DNA of 64,000 nt from Psammoneis japonica (taxonomy: Eukaryota), in NCBI GenBank assembly GCA_008632985.1, contig QPGO01000234.1, positions 1 to 64,000 of the forward strand. The letters are read 5' to 3'. The translations under genes were made by a program, and so were the position numbers. The notes below the pieces were generated by a model, which saw nothing but the letters and a program-made list of their open reading frames with translations, was not told where the DNA came from and made no database searches. Numbering within the stretch: position 1 is the first letter of the stretch; every line of letters begins with the position of its first letter. Positions 25,540-36,933 of this stretch are shown one piece after another.

Positions 25540-26301
25540 TCATCCAAAACCCTTTCCTGTGTTACGCTCCTTTCTTGATTCGCCGCATGCTTTCTTGTGA
25601 ACAAAACCATCCTGTTCTCGCCAATAGTCCGGGCCATATGTGACAAAGATTTCGTCTCCAGCCTTGATGTCAGCTGTTGCCACCGTGACCATGTGGCAAT
25701 CAGCACTGATTCCCTGATGCATGGCGTTTTGGCGCTTATTGGATTCCAAAACGTAAGATGACAATTCCTCTTCGCAAGTTGGCATTGTTCCTCCATCATT
25801 CGCATAATGGCCCATATAAGAAGGATCGTCATCATAGGTTGGCATTCCAAGTATACTATACTCCTCGTCAACGTAAAGAATGTAACCCAACAGGCTCTTG
25901 TTGTGTTGAAGATCATCGATGCAATCTTGCTCTGTAACATGGTTTCCCCACTGCACTTTCTATTCGTCGCGATTCGTCATTAGAAGAGCATCTCCGGGAT
26001 AGCATGTTAACATATCGCCTTTTTGACAGTCACGGGTTGCAAAGAGGCCTCGACCATGCTGCGATGGAGCGACTCGGACTCGGTCTAAATCAAGATCGAG
26101 ACGAGTCCGCAAAAGCACCTGACTAGCGGAATAGGGGTCTTCTTGCTCGAGTACGCGACGAGTCAAAATCTCCGAGAGGCTCTCCAGTGTTTCAGAGTAC
26201 AATTCTTTCTTTTGGAAGTTACGGCGAGACACTGGAATAAAGCCAACCGCGCACGTCGTTGTGCACGCCAACAGAAGAAGCAGCACTTTCGCCATTCTCA
26301 T
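25540..26301 (-). CDS. SET-domain protein with one in-frame TAG (pseudogene or base error)
   Basis: HGRGLFATRD...YPGD and GHYAND...VATADIKAGDEIFVTYGPDYW lie in the same frame, separated by TAG at 25962-25960. Confidence 0.7.
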
Positions 26302-26587
26302 TGACAATGGGTTGACTCAAATCACCAGAACTTTTTAACGGAAAACTCGAGCAATCATGTCCTAGAAAAGAAGGGTGGTGAAAACATCATAGCTGTAATA
26401 ACTGCCAAATGGTGTTGACTTTTGGGAGCAAAGAGCAAAGTTGAACGTGACTGCGTCTCGTTTTTGCTTGCGCCACATTCTTGTCGTCCGTCTTTAGCCC
26501 GTCACGCGCGATCTTTCCCGCCATTTTTTCGAAATCCTGTTTTCGCAGAAGTGTTGTCGCATCGGGCATGGTGAATCCATCACAACC

Positions 26588-26815
26588 ATGTACCGGTACA
26601 AGTACTTCCTACCGATAGTGCCATTGGTACTTGTTAATGCCCTGATCTCATCTCTTTTGCATCTCATGTCGGCACATGTGGCGATCTCAGCCGACCACAA
26701 GGTGGAAAAAACGGTTCTCGTGATTGGATGTGGTTTTGCAGGAATCATCTCGACAGCTTGTCGTTTGGAAAAGAAGTTTGACGTGATTTTGCTGGAGGCA
26801 CGAGATCGTGTTTGA
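26588..26815 (+). pseudogene. Truncated FAD-dependent oxidoreductase (amine oxidase-like) N-terminus
   Basis: Signal-like N-terminus, then the Rossmann motif VLVIGCGFAG...VILLEARDRV followed immediately by a stop. Confidence 0.65.
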
Positions 26816-26935
26816 GGACGAGTTTGGTCGTTTGGTGGACTTGATAATGATGACACTCGTGTTGACCTCGGAGCAGCTTTTGTTCGTGAAGAGTGTGACA
26901 AAAAAAAAACATTCAAGAGCTCATGAAACATCTCA

Positions 26936-28032
26936 ATGTCCCGTTTCATCAATCAAAGAAACAAGAACACGCCACAGATTAAATGTGACCGAGACGACAA
27001 CCCCATGAATACAATGCACACCACCTTTGACAAGGATGGCAATAGAACAAGTAAATCATTGGAACATTCTCCGAGCTTCCTCTCTTGCGTTTCTCTTCTC
27101 CAGAGCTGTCGCAATCCTTGGGGACAAATGCGATTCGGAAAAATGTTGGAGGACTTGGATGCACTCGCGGGGAATGTTACCTTTTGTCATGTAGAGGGGA
27201 ATCCGCTTGTTGTGATGGCGGCTGTTGATCGGATTAGGCTGAGGCGTCAGCCAGTGATTGGACAAGACCAACACTTGTCTGGGCGAGTCATGTGGGTGGG
27301 CAACAACAGTGCTGGCATGGAGATTCGCATGCAAGCGAAAACGTTAAAGGAGAGGAATGGCTGGAAGCCTGCTTTACTTTTGTGACGTTGGACCCTGAAA
27401 CCAAGAAACCGGTCACAATGCCTCTCCTCATTGCAACGACCCAAAAAGAACGAGCGGAGTTTGAATTGGGCGCACTCAAGGCCAAATCGAAAAAGCCCAC
27501 ACGCAAGGACAAGCTCAAGGTGGGAGAGCCATTGGCCGAGGCTGCATTGCGAACGGACCGTGGAGGCATGGTGTTTTGCATTTTTGTAGAAGCACAAACC
27601 CTTGGAATCGAGTTGGCTTTTGCCAATGCCTGCGTCTTTGGAGAAGCCAAGCCATGCTTTCTGCAGGTAGATGACATCAGCTTTGATGCACCCGTGGATG
27701 CTGGTGATTTGCTGGTTTTCAGCAGTCGTGTGCTGTGCACGAAACTGGAGGGAGGACATTTGGTAAACTGTTGCGACAACTTGAACAAAGAAGATGAAGA
27801 TGATGCAAAGCCCCACATGTCAAAAAACATGCCTCTGGTTGCCATTGAAGTGGAGGCATGGGTGACGGAACCCGAGAAGGCGAATGCTCGCGCATGCAAT
27901 CATTTTTACTTCACTGTTGCGCCCCCCGAAGGCACGCCATGTCGAAAGGTTCTACCAGGAAACATTGACGAAGCCAGAAGGCAGGCAACCCGAATGGCAG
28001 CCAACAAAGAACACGCCAGCTTGAGATCGTGA
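26936..28032 (+). pseudogene. Acyl-CoA thioesterase (ACOT9-like double hot-dog) pseudogene
   Basis: Motifs CRNPWGQMRFGKMLEDLDALAG, AAVDRI, ELAFANACVF, VDDISFDAPVDAGDLL. Frameshifted, with expected Tyr positions reading Cys. Confidence 0.8.
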
Positions 28033-28646
28033 GCACATCACGATGCGTGAAGCTGCACCATTTGTGAGTTTCCCAGGTGTTGCCAGTGCCGGATCAGATG
28101 AGATGCTGTGTCTGATCTGATCCTCCGCCTCTTCCGATCCTCGTTGATGTTGAGGGAGATCAGAGAAGTTTCGGGAGATGTGATGCAGGACGACGGATGG
28201 CGGCAAGACACAATCTTTCTAACCGTTGCGTGGAATCCAGTGCAAAACCTGCAAACGTGGCTGCACTGCCAGGTCTCCCCCACAAGTCAATGTTCCCGCC
28301 AAACCCAAAACAACCGTTTCGTTTGGGTTTCTCGCATGTTTCTCACAACTCGCACAAACGTCTCTCATCGTGACACCCAAACAAGAGTGTCAACGCTTTG
28401 TAAACAAGCCCACGCAACACAAAAACCCATTGCGGCATTCGATTGCAGCTGACGACAATCGATGCAATGAATGCAACGCCGTTAAAATCGTCGCGTTCGG
28501 CGGAGGATGCCTCCGATTCCTTCAAGATCAACAGCGATTTGAAAACAACTGGTGACGGCAAATCACAAAGTGAGTCGTCGGGAAAGGCTGCTGCGAGTTC
28601 GTGGGAAGCAGGAATGAAGCGAAAGGTCGAAGCCATGACAAAGAAT

Positions 28647-31600
28647 TGACAGGATTTGAACAGGATTTGGGTGCGCGCAAAATGTCACACACAGTTTTGT
28701 GTGCTTCAGTTTGCGAGCGTTCGCGCGCGATGCAGTTTGCTTTCGAGCCACAAGGCTCACAAGAATGACAACAGTGGCCCGATTGTGCCGACTTGCACGT
28801 CTTTCGGCTCCTGCAACGGTCTCTGAGCGGAGACTCATCTGCCATTTAGACAGCAGCAAGGAGTTGTTGTTTGAATTCTTGCCACTTGCCTTCAATTTCT
28901 GTCAGATTGACAGTCTTGCTCATTGTCAACCCATTGAGCAACCGCCATCATCGTCGTTGATTTGCCGACAATGCCACCTCAATTCTGCACGGACCTCCGC
29001 ATGTGTTCTACGTACGTCGGCAAGTCTGCGCGCATTCAACACCAGGCACCGGCAGGAAGTTAACGTTGCCGTCAAATCTCCTTGCCGCTGGACATCTGGA
29101 TTGATTGTGCTGCCTTTTGTCGCTGAAGACATGCACTCAACGGCCATGTCCAAGTCCATCCTTGATCCTCATCCCTTGACACACCCACTCAATGGTTGAC
29201 GGTCAAGAACCCCGCACATTCAAGGATCTTCGTCGCTGAAGACATGCACATGTCTGTGTCTTCACGGCCAAGAACTTGTGCCCACTCTTTGGACCGCGGC
29301 TTTGCCGCCACTCTGCAAGCACACCGAGTCCATTGCACCTGATCTGCCCCGGACTGCTGGTGCTCCACAGTTCCGCTGGGTCCACGAGGACGACTGTGAG
29401 AGCAAGCAGCCGTGATTGCAGCCTGCGTTGGGGCGAGGGTGTTTTCCCGCTTTGTTCGTTCGTCCACAGTGCCCAACGCCTGCGTCAACTGGCCAGCCTG
29501 ATCGGGAAATCCAGCCGACATAAAATGAGAACGGTTCGGCGGTCTTGTCCACCTCCAGTCAGCTCACCTGCAGGGGTTTACAACCCGCTGCTCCACTCGC
29601 AAGCAACCCAAAGCGCCGCTGGCTGTGGGTTCAGACGTGCCGGCACAACTCTACGGACCGGACAGGAGGTTTGGCACTTGACAACAAACGGGACGGCACA
29701 ACCCAGCGACTTCTGATTTTCAAGACAGTCCAAGATTTCAAGTCAAGTCTGGCTCAAGTCAAGTCTTTTTCAAGCCAAGTTCCAAGTCAAAACTCCGAGT
29801 CAAGGTCGCACTCTAGATTGGTTCCTGTCTTTTGTTTCTGCTGCACCGTCCTCCGTCATGGTTCTCACGCGACAGCAACAAACCAAAAGCTTCAAATGCA
29901 TTCCGGGCACTGTGCTCAATCAAGATGATGACAGCCCTCTTCGTTCTGCCCTGTCCATCAATGGGATTGAATCGTGTGAGGAATTGTTCATGTTCTCGCC
30001 CACCCAAATTGACGCCCTCACTTGCAGAGACGGCGCCAATGCAGTGCCTTTGCCACGGACCCACAGAAACCTCCTGGCAGCTTTGATCAGCTTCTGCTTT
30101 GTCAAAGTTTGCAACGGTGATGATGTGACCAATGAACCCCAGTTGCTCACACCCGATGAATTTCGCAACCACCGCCTTGGTCCGGACTGCTTGACCTCTC
30201 TAGCCACTGGCGCAGCACCCTCCGCACCTGTGCCGAGTCCCTTGCCATCCAAACCAGGTAAACCCAGTGCCATTTTGACACCAGCCTTGCACTGTGCCGC
30301 CACTCAGGTGTCCCCCAGAAGTGGTGTCAGTCGCGCCCCGCATGTCTTGACCAACCCGCCTGCAAGCAACCTCGGCCCAGTGCAGGATTGCAGCCCTTGC
30401 ACAGGCCCGCACTTCGAGACCAGTTGGGACACTCCACTCATGGCTTCCAAAGCTGCAGTCTTTGCACCCCGCAAACCACGTGCTGCCAACCTCCACGTGT
30501 CGACCGCTGTCACCCTTCACAGTCTTTGTTTGGGAAGTGATGGAGATGACAACTTGCTTCTCGCATCTCCTGATGGGGAGCCTCCTTTTCCCATCATTGA
30601 ATCTGTTCACAACAGTTCAACCGGTTCATCAGATGGGGAGTTCAGGACATCCAAGCAGCTTCGTTGTCTTCGGATCCTCCAAGCATTGCACCATGAGACC
30701 AGGCCTCCTGACTGGATGCTCCAAGTCTCGCACCTCGAGACTGGGCCTCCTGATTGGATGCCTCAAGTCTCGCACCTCGAGACTGGGCCTCCTGATTGGA
30801 TGCCTCAAGTCTCGTGCCTTGAGACCAGGCCTCCTGACTGGATGCTCCAAGTCTCGTACCTCGAGACCAGGCCTCCTGATTGGATGCCTCAAGTCTCGTG
30901 CCTCGAGACCAGGCCTCCTGATTGGATGCCTCAAGTCTCGTGCCTCGAGACTGGGCCTCCTGGTTGGATCCCCCAAGTCTCGTACCTCGAGACTGGGCCT
31001 CCTGATTGGATGCCTCAAGTCTCGTACATCGAGACTGGGCCTCCTGATTGGATGCCCCAAGTCTCGTGCCTTGAGACCAGGCCTCCCAACTGGACTCTCC
31101 ACGTCTCGTGCCTCGAGACCGGGCCTCCCAATTGGATCCCCCAAGTCTCGCACCTCAAGACTTGGCCTCCTGATTGGATCCCCGAAGACTCGTGTCACAA
31201 GACTGGCAAGTCCTTTTGGATCCCAGAAGTCTTGCAGCACGGGACTGGTTGCCCCAACCAGACATCTGCAGCCTTGCACCACAAGATGTCTTGCTCCAAT
31301 CCGATCCCCGAAGGCTTGCACCTTGAGACTCGTTTCTCCAATTGGATCAGTCTCTCAGGAGATGCAGCTGAGCTTGCAATCGGATTGGTGGAACACAAGA
31401 CCACCGCTTGTGCCTTTGAACTCATGCTTGCTCTGTTCCCCAAGTCGTGCAAATGCCATGTCACCCTGCACGAGCACTGCTCTGTTTTTCTAGCAGCAGC
31501 CCAGTGTGGCAACCGTCCCAAGAACCAACAGACGGCCATCAGTCTTTGTGACCTTTGCTCAGGAAGTGAAGGCGATGTCAACTTGTTTGCATTGTCCTGC

Positions 31601-32170
31601 AATGTTGCCCCGCCGTTCAACATTGTCAACCAGACCAAGCTTTGCTCCTTCCATTGCAAGTGCGGATGTGGAATCCCACAAGATCCCAAGTGTGCCTTGA
31701 GCTTTGAAAAGCACAACGGCATCTGCAATTGGGGAGACGCAGCTCATCTCAAGATGACCCACTTGGAGAATGCAACGTTGCTCTCGGATCTTGATCCTTT
31801 CTTGTCTCCTCATGTTTTGGTGCTTTGACTCCAAAGTTCTTCAGTCAATCCGAAGTCGAATCTGTTTCTGTGACTCCTCAAGCAAACTGGGGAGTGACAG
31901 GATTTGAACAGGATTCAGGTGCATGCGAAATGTCGCGTGCCGTTTAGTTCACCGTGCACAGTTTTGTGTGCTTTAGTTCCGCGCGTTCGCACGCGATGTA
32001 GTTTGCTTTCGAGCCACAAGGCTCACAAGAACAATGACAGCAGCCCGATTGTGCCGACTTGCACGTCTTTCGGCTCCTGTGACGGTCTCTGAGCGGAGAC
32101 TCATCTGCCATTTAGACAGCAGCAAGGAGTTGTTGTTTGAATTCTTGCCATTTGCCTTCAATTTCTGTCA
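28647..32170 (+). mobile_element. Non-autonomous LTR retrotransposon with both LTRs and a 5-bp TSD
   Basis: LTRs 28647-28904 and 31895-32170 (TGACAG...CTGTCA). TSD AGAAT at 28642-28646 and 32171-32175. PPT-like AACTGGGGAG before the 3' LTR. Internal gag-like ORF start at 29858; no RT or integrase recognised. Confidence 0.92.
30690..31200 (+). repeat. 42-bp tandem array (about 12 units, LETGPPDWMPQVS[Y/H/C]) inside the LTR element
   Basis: Unit GAGACTGGGCCTCCTGATTGGATGCCTCAAGTCTCG[TA/CA/TG]CCTC repeated, decaying toward about 31350. Confidence 0.95.
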
Positions 32171-33248
32171 AGAATGTCCACGCAAAGAATGTGAGTTCGT
32201 TTCTTTTTGTGATTGTCGTCAATGCATGGACAGTTTTCGAAAATCTGTGCTGACTAATTTTTTCAATTGTTTTGTCATTTTGATGCGTTTGTTCAACCGT
32301 GCTTGTCTGCAATGCAGCTGAGTCCGCCTGCAGAGAAGTCCGATGACGAATCGAACAAGGTGAGGATCGCAGATCGTTGGGGGGTAAAATCTCATCCCCA
32401 TCTAGAGCTTTCATTTCTGTCTTCCGACTTTCATGTTTAAATTTGTTTTGCAGGATCAATCGAAAGCTGTCAAGATTGAAGAATCCAATGAAGAGCGAGC
32501 GACGAGCGACGAGAGTCTCGATGCGCCGTCAACGTTGATGAACTCTTCGACAGGCACCTTCACGGCAGGCCCTTCAGTGTCGACATCCGCTCTCTCGGGC
32601 GATGTTGCACATTGTTTGTGCATCCCAGCAGATTCACACGGAATGGCAGACCCTTCAAAAGCCTTTTTCTCCATGACTTTGCCTGAGAAAGTCGAGTTTT
32701 CGGAAGAATGCAAGAAGATGGACGCGATGAGCTCGACTGAACTTGTTGGCCATCTGAATGGTCGTGCCAGCGAGGGTCATGTGGCAAATTCTGTGACACT
32801 GCAGCTGCGTCCGAGTGCCCCTGCGAGTCACCTGGCAGTCTCTGCGTCTTGGGCTTGGCTCCCCCCAGGCGCGCTGGGAATTCAAGAATGCACCATGGCA
32901 TCGTTTGCATGCAATGGTGATGCTGAGGGCCCCACGCAGCCTCACCCTAAACGCTGGCGACTGCAATTGGTGACAAAGCCAAACTTGGAACTGCTGAGAG
33001 ACCACCCAGATGTCAAACAGCGCGAGCTTGAAGAAGCCTTGAACCAGTGTAAAGAGAAGGTCGCAGAATGCACTGGGTTGGTCCAGGCGATGCCAGAAGA
33101 ACTCACCACGACGGAGATTTCCGCAGATGCGCTTGAAATGAAGCACAGTGCTGAATGGGAGCTGTCCACAGCAGGCCAAGACTGGAATGATTTTCGAACC
33201 GAAACTCTTTCCCATTGCCGAAAAAAGATTCTCGAAGAGGGCCGTTGC

Positions 33249-33638
33249 GACGCGTTCCAGGTCTAGGTGGGACCTCGTGCCACTGAGCTGTGACATCGAC
33301 AGTTTTTTGAATCACGTCACATGTCACGCACACAGATTTCTACGTGATTTTTTCAATGTTTTGTGTCATTTTACGGCACACTTGTTGAGCGATCCGTCCA
33401 ACAACTTTTTACATTTTTTGTTGCAGCGCGATTCTACAATGTCTTGAGAATCGCGCAGGGCGGGTGCATTTGCAGAAACGTCGAGTGGCAAGAGGCACAA
33501 TTGTGCCACAAACTTGGCAGTTTATTTGATGTTGAAGACAAACATGTCCATCAATTAAATTCTCGCACTGCGGAGCTCGCACGTAGAATTCTGCTGGCCC
33601 AATGTCACACGGAGTCCCACCCAGGACTGGAACCCGTC
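33249..33638. mobile_element. MITE family A, copy 1 (390 bp)
   Basis: TIRs GACGCGTTCCAGGTCTAGGTGGGAC / GTCCCACCCAGGACTGGAACCCGTC with 4-bp TSD TTGC. The empty site is visible in gene copies 2 and 3. Confidence 0.92.
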
Positions 33639-34217
33639 TTGCTGCCACAGGTGTGAGACACCCTGCGGGGAGATTGCTTTTCTCGAGTGCAGCTGTTTTG
33701 ATGCAGATGATCAAGATGCAAATGGCATCTGCAGACTTCGCTTGTGCACAAAGTGCGTGTCAGATTTGAAAGAACTCGAATCCTCGAACCTTGAAGTCTG
33801 CGAAGTTTGCAAAACACTCTCTTGCCAGATCAACCCTGAAGCTGGAAGGTGCAGGGACACCAACTGCGCAACTCACCTGTGTGGGGTGGCAGGAAACAGA
33901 ACCTGCTTGGAGCACATTAAAGGAAAAGGACCCTGAAAGAAAAAGCGCGTGTGCAAGCTGTGTGTCAATGTGTGCTCGTTGGCGAAACCGACTGTTCGGA
34001 GTGTCGTGCCGCTTGCCTGGTGCCAAAAATGCAACAATGGCATCGCAACGGTGGTGCACACAGCAACAGCCTTTGCGGTGGTCACCTCAACAGGGACATC
34101 CTGTCATCTGTCCTTGACTGTTGTGGATCTCTGGAGTTGACGCGGTTTGCTCTGGCAAGCTGCGACAACTTCCGCTTTTCCAAAGCTTGCGTCAAACGAC
34201 TTTGTCAACAGTTGAAA

Positions 34218-34613
34218 GACGCGTTCCAGACGCAGGTGGGAATCCGTGTGACATTGGGCCCGTGGACTTCTACGTGCGAGCTCCGTAGTAAAATTATTCG
34301 GTAATTAAAATGTCAATGATCGCCAACAGAAAATGAGGCAATTTTGCGAACGCACAAACTGGGCCTTGATTGAAGTACATCATTTTTTACTTAGCCGGTT
34401 ACATTCTTCAGACATTGAAGAATGTAACTGGCGCATTATTGTTTCTATAATTTCGTTATATAAAACGTCTGGGGCTTCGCAAAACAGCGAGTCTGGACAA
34501 TTTTTTTTAAATGTCACACGTAGAAATGTACGTGCGAAACATACGACGGATGACAAAAATTATTTGTGTCACACGTCAGTACTACGAGCTCCCACCTAGG
34601 GCTGGAACGCGTC
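34218..34613. mobile_element. MITE family B, copy 1 (396 bp, TpA-retaining, young)
   Basis: TIRs GACGCGTTCCAG..AGGTGGGA / TCCCACCT..CTGGAACGCGTC with 4-bp TSD GAAA. 25 TA dinucleotides counted by eye. Confidence 0.93.
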
Positions 34614-35639
34614 GAAAAGCATTTCGTGCCTCCACAATCATTTCACTTGTGGAGCATCCTTTAAAAAACTTCATTGTCTGGAGGAAGAAGCCCACAATTG
34701 GTTTGGCTTTTTCACTGTCGACGACTTTGAAGATGCCCAGCAATGCCTTCGATGGCATGACAGACTTTCCTTCACAAAGGTCGACGCACCAGAATTCCAA
34801 TCATCCAAAGGATGTGGTGTGATGCATTGTGAAGATCCATTGGGGCTGGGTGCATCGTGCTGGCGGGGCTCATTTGTGGCAACAAGATGCTTTGTTCGAA
34901 TGTGGCATCGCACTGCGCAGTTGGATGGGTGAAGTCACCCACATTTGTTGTGTCTCCCAAGATCGGGTTGGTGTCAACAGCATGTGATCCTTTGGCGCCA
35001 TGCAGAGAACCGGTTCTCACTGGGTTGCACACCATGAGTTGCCTTTGAATCTCTCAATGCCGAGGGAAGACGGCCAAGACTCAGAAGACGAGGACTGCCT
35101 CAGAGTTGTGCGAGGAGACTGAGGCACTTTTTGGACTCAAGTGTGAAGTCAGCATGAGGACTCTTTGTTGCTTTGTGTTCAGTGCCAATGATCTCCATCG
35201 CTTTTGTTGCCATGATGCATTCGAACAAGTCACAGCCACCGAGGGACAAGTCCCTGTCAATGACGAGTCAACGCCCGACGGCCCTCTGCGTTGGGCAATT
35301 ACGACAATCAAGGGTCCCAAAGATGGACCCATGTTCGGCATCCCGGACAAATTGTCTTTGTGAGATTGCACAGAACATGAACATGCGCAACTCTGTGCCC
35401 GCACCACAAGCAGGAACCGCCATCACGTCTGGTGGGTTTAGAGGCACTTCCTGTGGATCAAGATGGAAATTCTTTCTGCTGTCATTAATGTTGTGAAATA
35501 ACTGCTTGCACGTGTCAAAAACAATTTGTGCTTGCATCAGAGAGCAGAGATCATTGCGGCCACAGCTGCCACACACCATGCCGCAGCTGTCAAACAGCTG
35601 GCTTTAGAGCATGGCGTGCCAATTTGTCTGCTCTCTGCT

Positions 35640-35755
35640 CCAGCTAGAGAGTCTCTTGCAGTAGAGCTCTCTAGTAGTAGAGCTCTCTAGCTGGAGAGAG
35701 TAGCTGCTCTACTAGCTAGAGTAGCTCTAGAGAGTTGAGAGTAGAAGCAGCTACA
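35640..35755. repeat. CTAG/TAGAG/CTCTA-rich low-complexity patch
   Basis: CTAGAGAG, TAGAGCTCTCTAG twice, CTACTAGCTAGAGTAGCTCTAGAG. Similar patches occur at 5240-5270, 59865-59895 and 63131-63145. Confidence 0.75.
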
Positions 35756-36201
35756 CCGTAAAAGCTTGCTTGCTTGCTTGGTGCAGTGTGATACGCGGGA
35801 ATTCGTACGGTGCCCTTGAACTGACGTCTGCCAGACGAGCGAGCGAGAACAAAGAAAATCGTGACGTGGCAAAATTCTGCTCACATTTTTTTTGGTCGGG
35901 AGAACAGAACAAAATCCATTTGGCATCTGTCTTCCCACATCCCACATTACGTTTCGGTGTCAAAGATCGTAATACGAAAACCGAAACAAAGAGCTTCACT
36001 ACTGAAAACAGACTGATTTTATCATTCAACCATGATTGGACATACCGTGTTAAAAACCACCATGCGGAAGCATGCCGTCGTCTCGACTCGTTTCGTGAGC
36101 TACGTGCCGCACTTCTCCCCAATGTTTGACACTGCCCATCTTTCTCGTCCGAATTCTCCCCCAAGAATTTCACGCCCTCAGTCATCGGTAGCTGCGGCAG
36201 C

Positions 36202-36376
36202 AATGAAAGGAATGGACCAGGATGACTACACGAGCGTGGCTTTTTTCGGGTCGGTCCTTTTTGTTGGCTTGTACTTTGCAGGACTCGGACAGTGGACTCC
36301 TTTCTTTGTGGAACAAGCCGACCAGCTTCAAAAGAGAGCCACAGCTTCACTTGCGGTGGAGAAAACTACTCAGTGA
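36202..36376 (+). CDS. Possible small single-TM protein
   Basis: MKGMDQDDYTSVAFFGSVLFVGLYFAGLG...; no family recognised and the start is uncertain. Confidence 0.3.
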
Positions 36377-36933
36377 TCTGGTTAGTTCTGCTTCCGGACC
36401 TAGTCAGGGTTCCACATTAATGTGATGGATATTGAGTTGCGAACGAAGCGATACGGATTAAACATCGTGGAACGACGGGTCGATGCTCATATTGTCTAAC
36501 ATTGTTGGTAAGGACGTCTTGTACAGTACATATTATACACGTTTGCATGTCGATCGAAATGGATTGAATTTAGAAAACAAAAGTTAAAAATAGTAATTGT
36601 CAGAACTACCGTATGATTACTCAAAGCGTCGTTGCACATCATCACGGAGTTGCGTACCAACAGTCCCAAGGGACACGCAGTAGACCTATCTTCGCCGGAA
36701 TCGTCCACAGTTAGCTCGTAATTTTGACACAGGCGGCGAGCTAAAACGCCTTCAACATCCTCGAAGTCCAGCATTTTAGCACAAAGATCGGGTGGCAAAA
36801 GCACAACCGACCACATCTGATTTTGCACGCGGCCTCTCGCCTCACGCACCCATCAGGCACGAGATAACAAAAACATCACCACCATGGCGTCCAAATCTTC
36901 TCTTCCTGTAGCAAAACATTACAGGATTGTGTA

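Larger units (their letters stand above)
32895..35380 (+). pseudogene. F-box-like gene family copy 1, interrupted by two MITEs
   Basis: Homologous to 42646-44428 and 49795-51651 (KQRELEEALNQCKEK, LEVCEVCKTLSCQINP, GGHLNRDILSSVLDCCG). More diverged than copies 2 and 3. Confidence 0.8.
26700..35640. other. TpA-depleted hypermutated repeat domain 2
   Basis: TA is near-absent except in MITE 34218-34613 and scattered survivors. CpG remains abundant. Confidence 0.9.

Noticed and set aside
25960..25962. Stop-codon readthrough or recoding in the SET gene
   Set aside because: A single TAG, while other genes use TAG as a normal stop. A nonsense allele or base error is simpler.
30690..31200. CRISPR-like array
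   Set aside because: Units are contiguous with no unique spacers, there are no cas genes, and the context is eukaryotic. It is a minisatellite.
26700..35640. CpG deamination or fungal-type RIP as the cause of the TG/CA pattern
   Set aside because: CpG is abundant here, less-mutated copies show TA rather than CG, RIP would raise TA instead of removing it, and conserved Tyr->Cys/His fixes the direction.
36496..36849. 117-aa minus-strand ORF
   Set aside because: No recognisable motif and no ATG start; not supportable.
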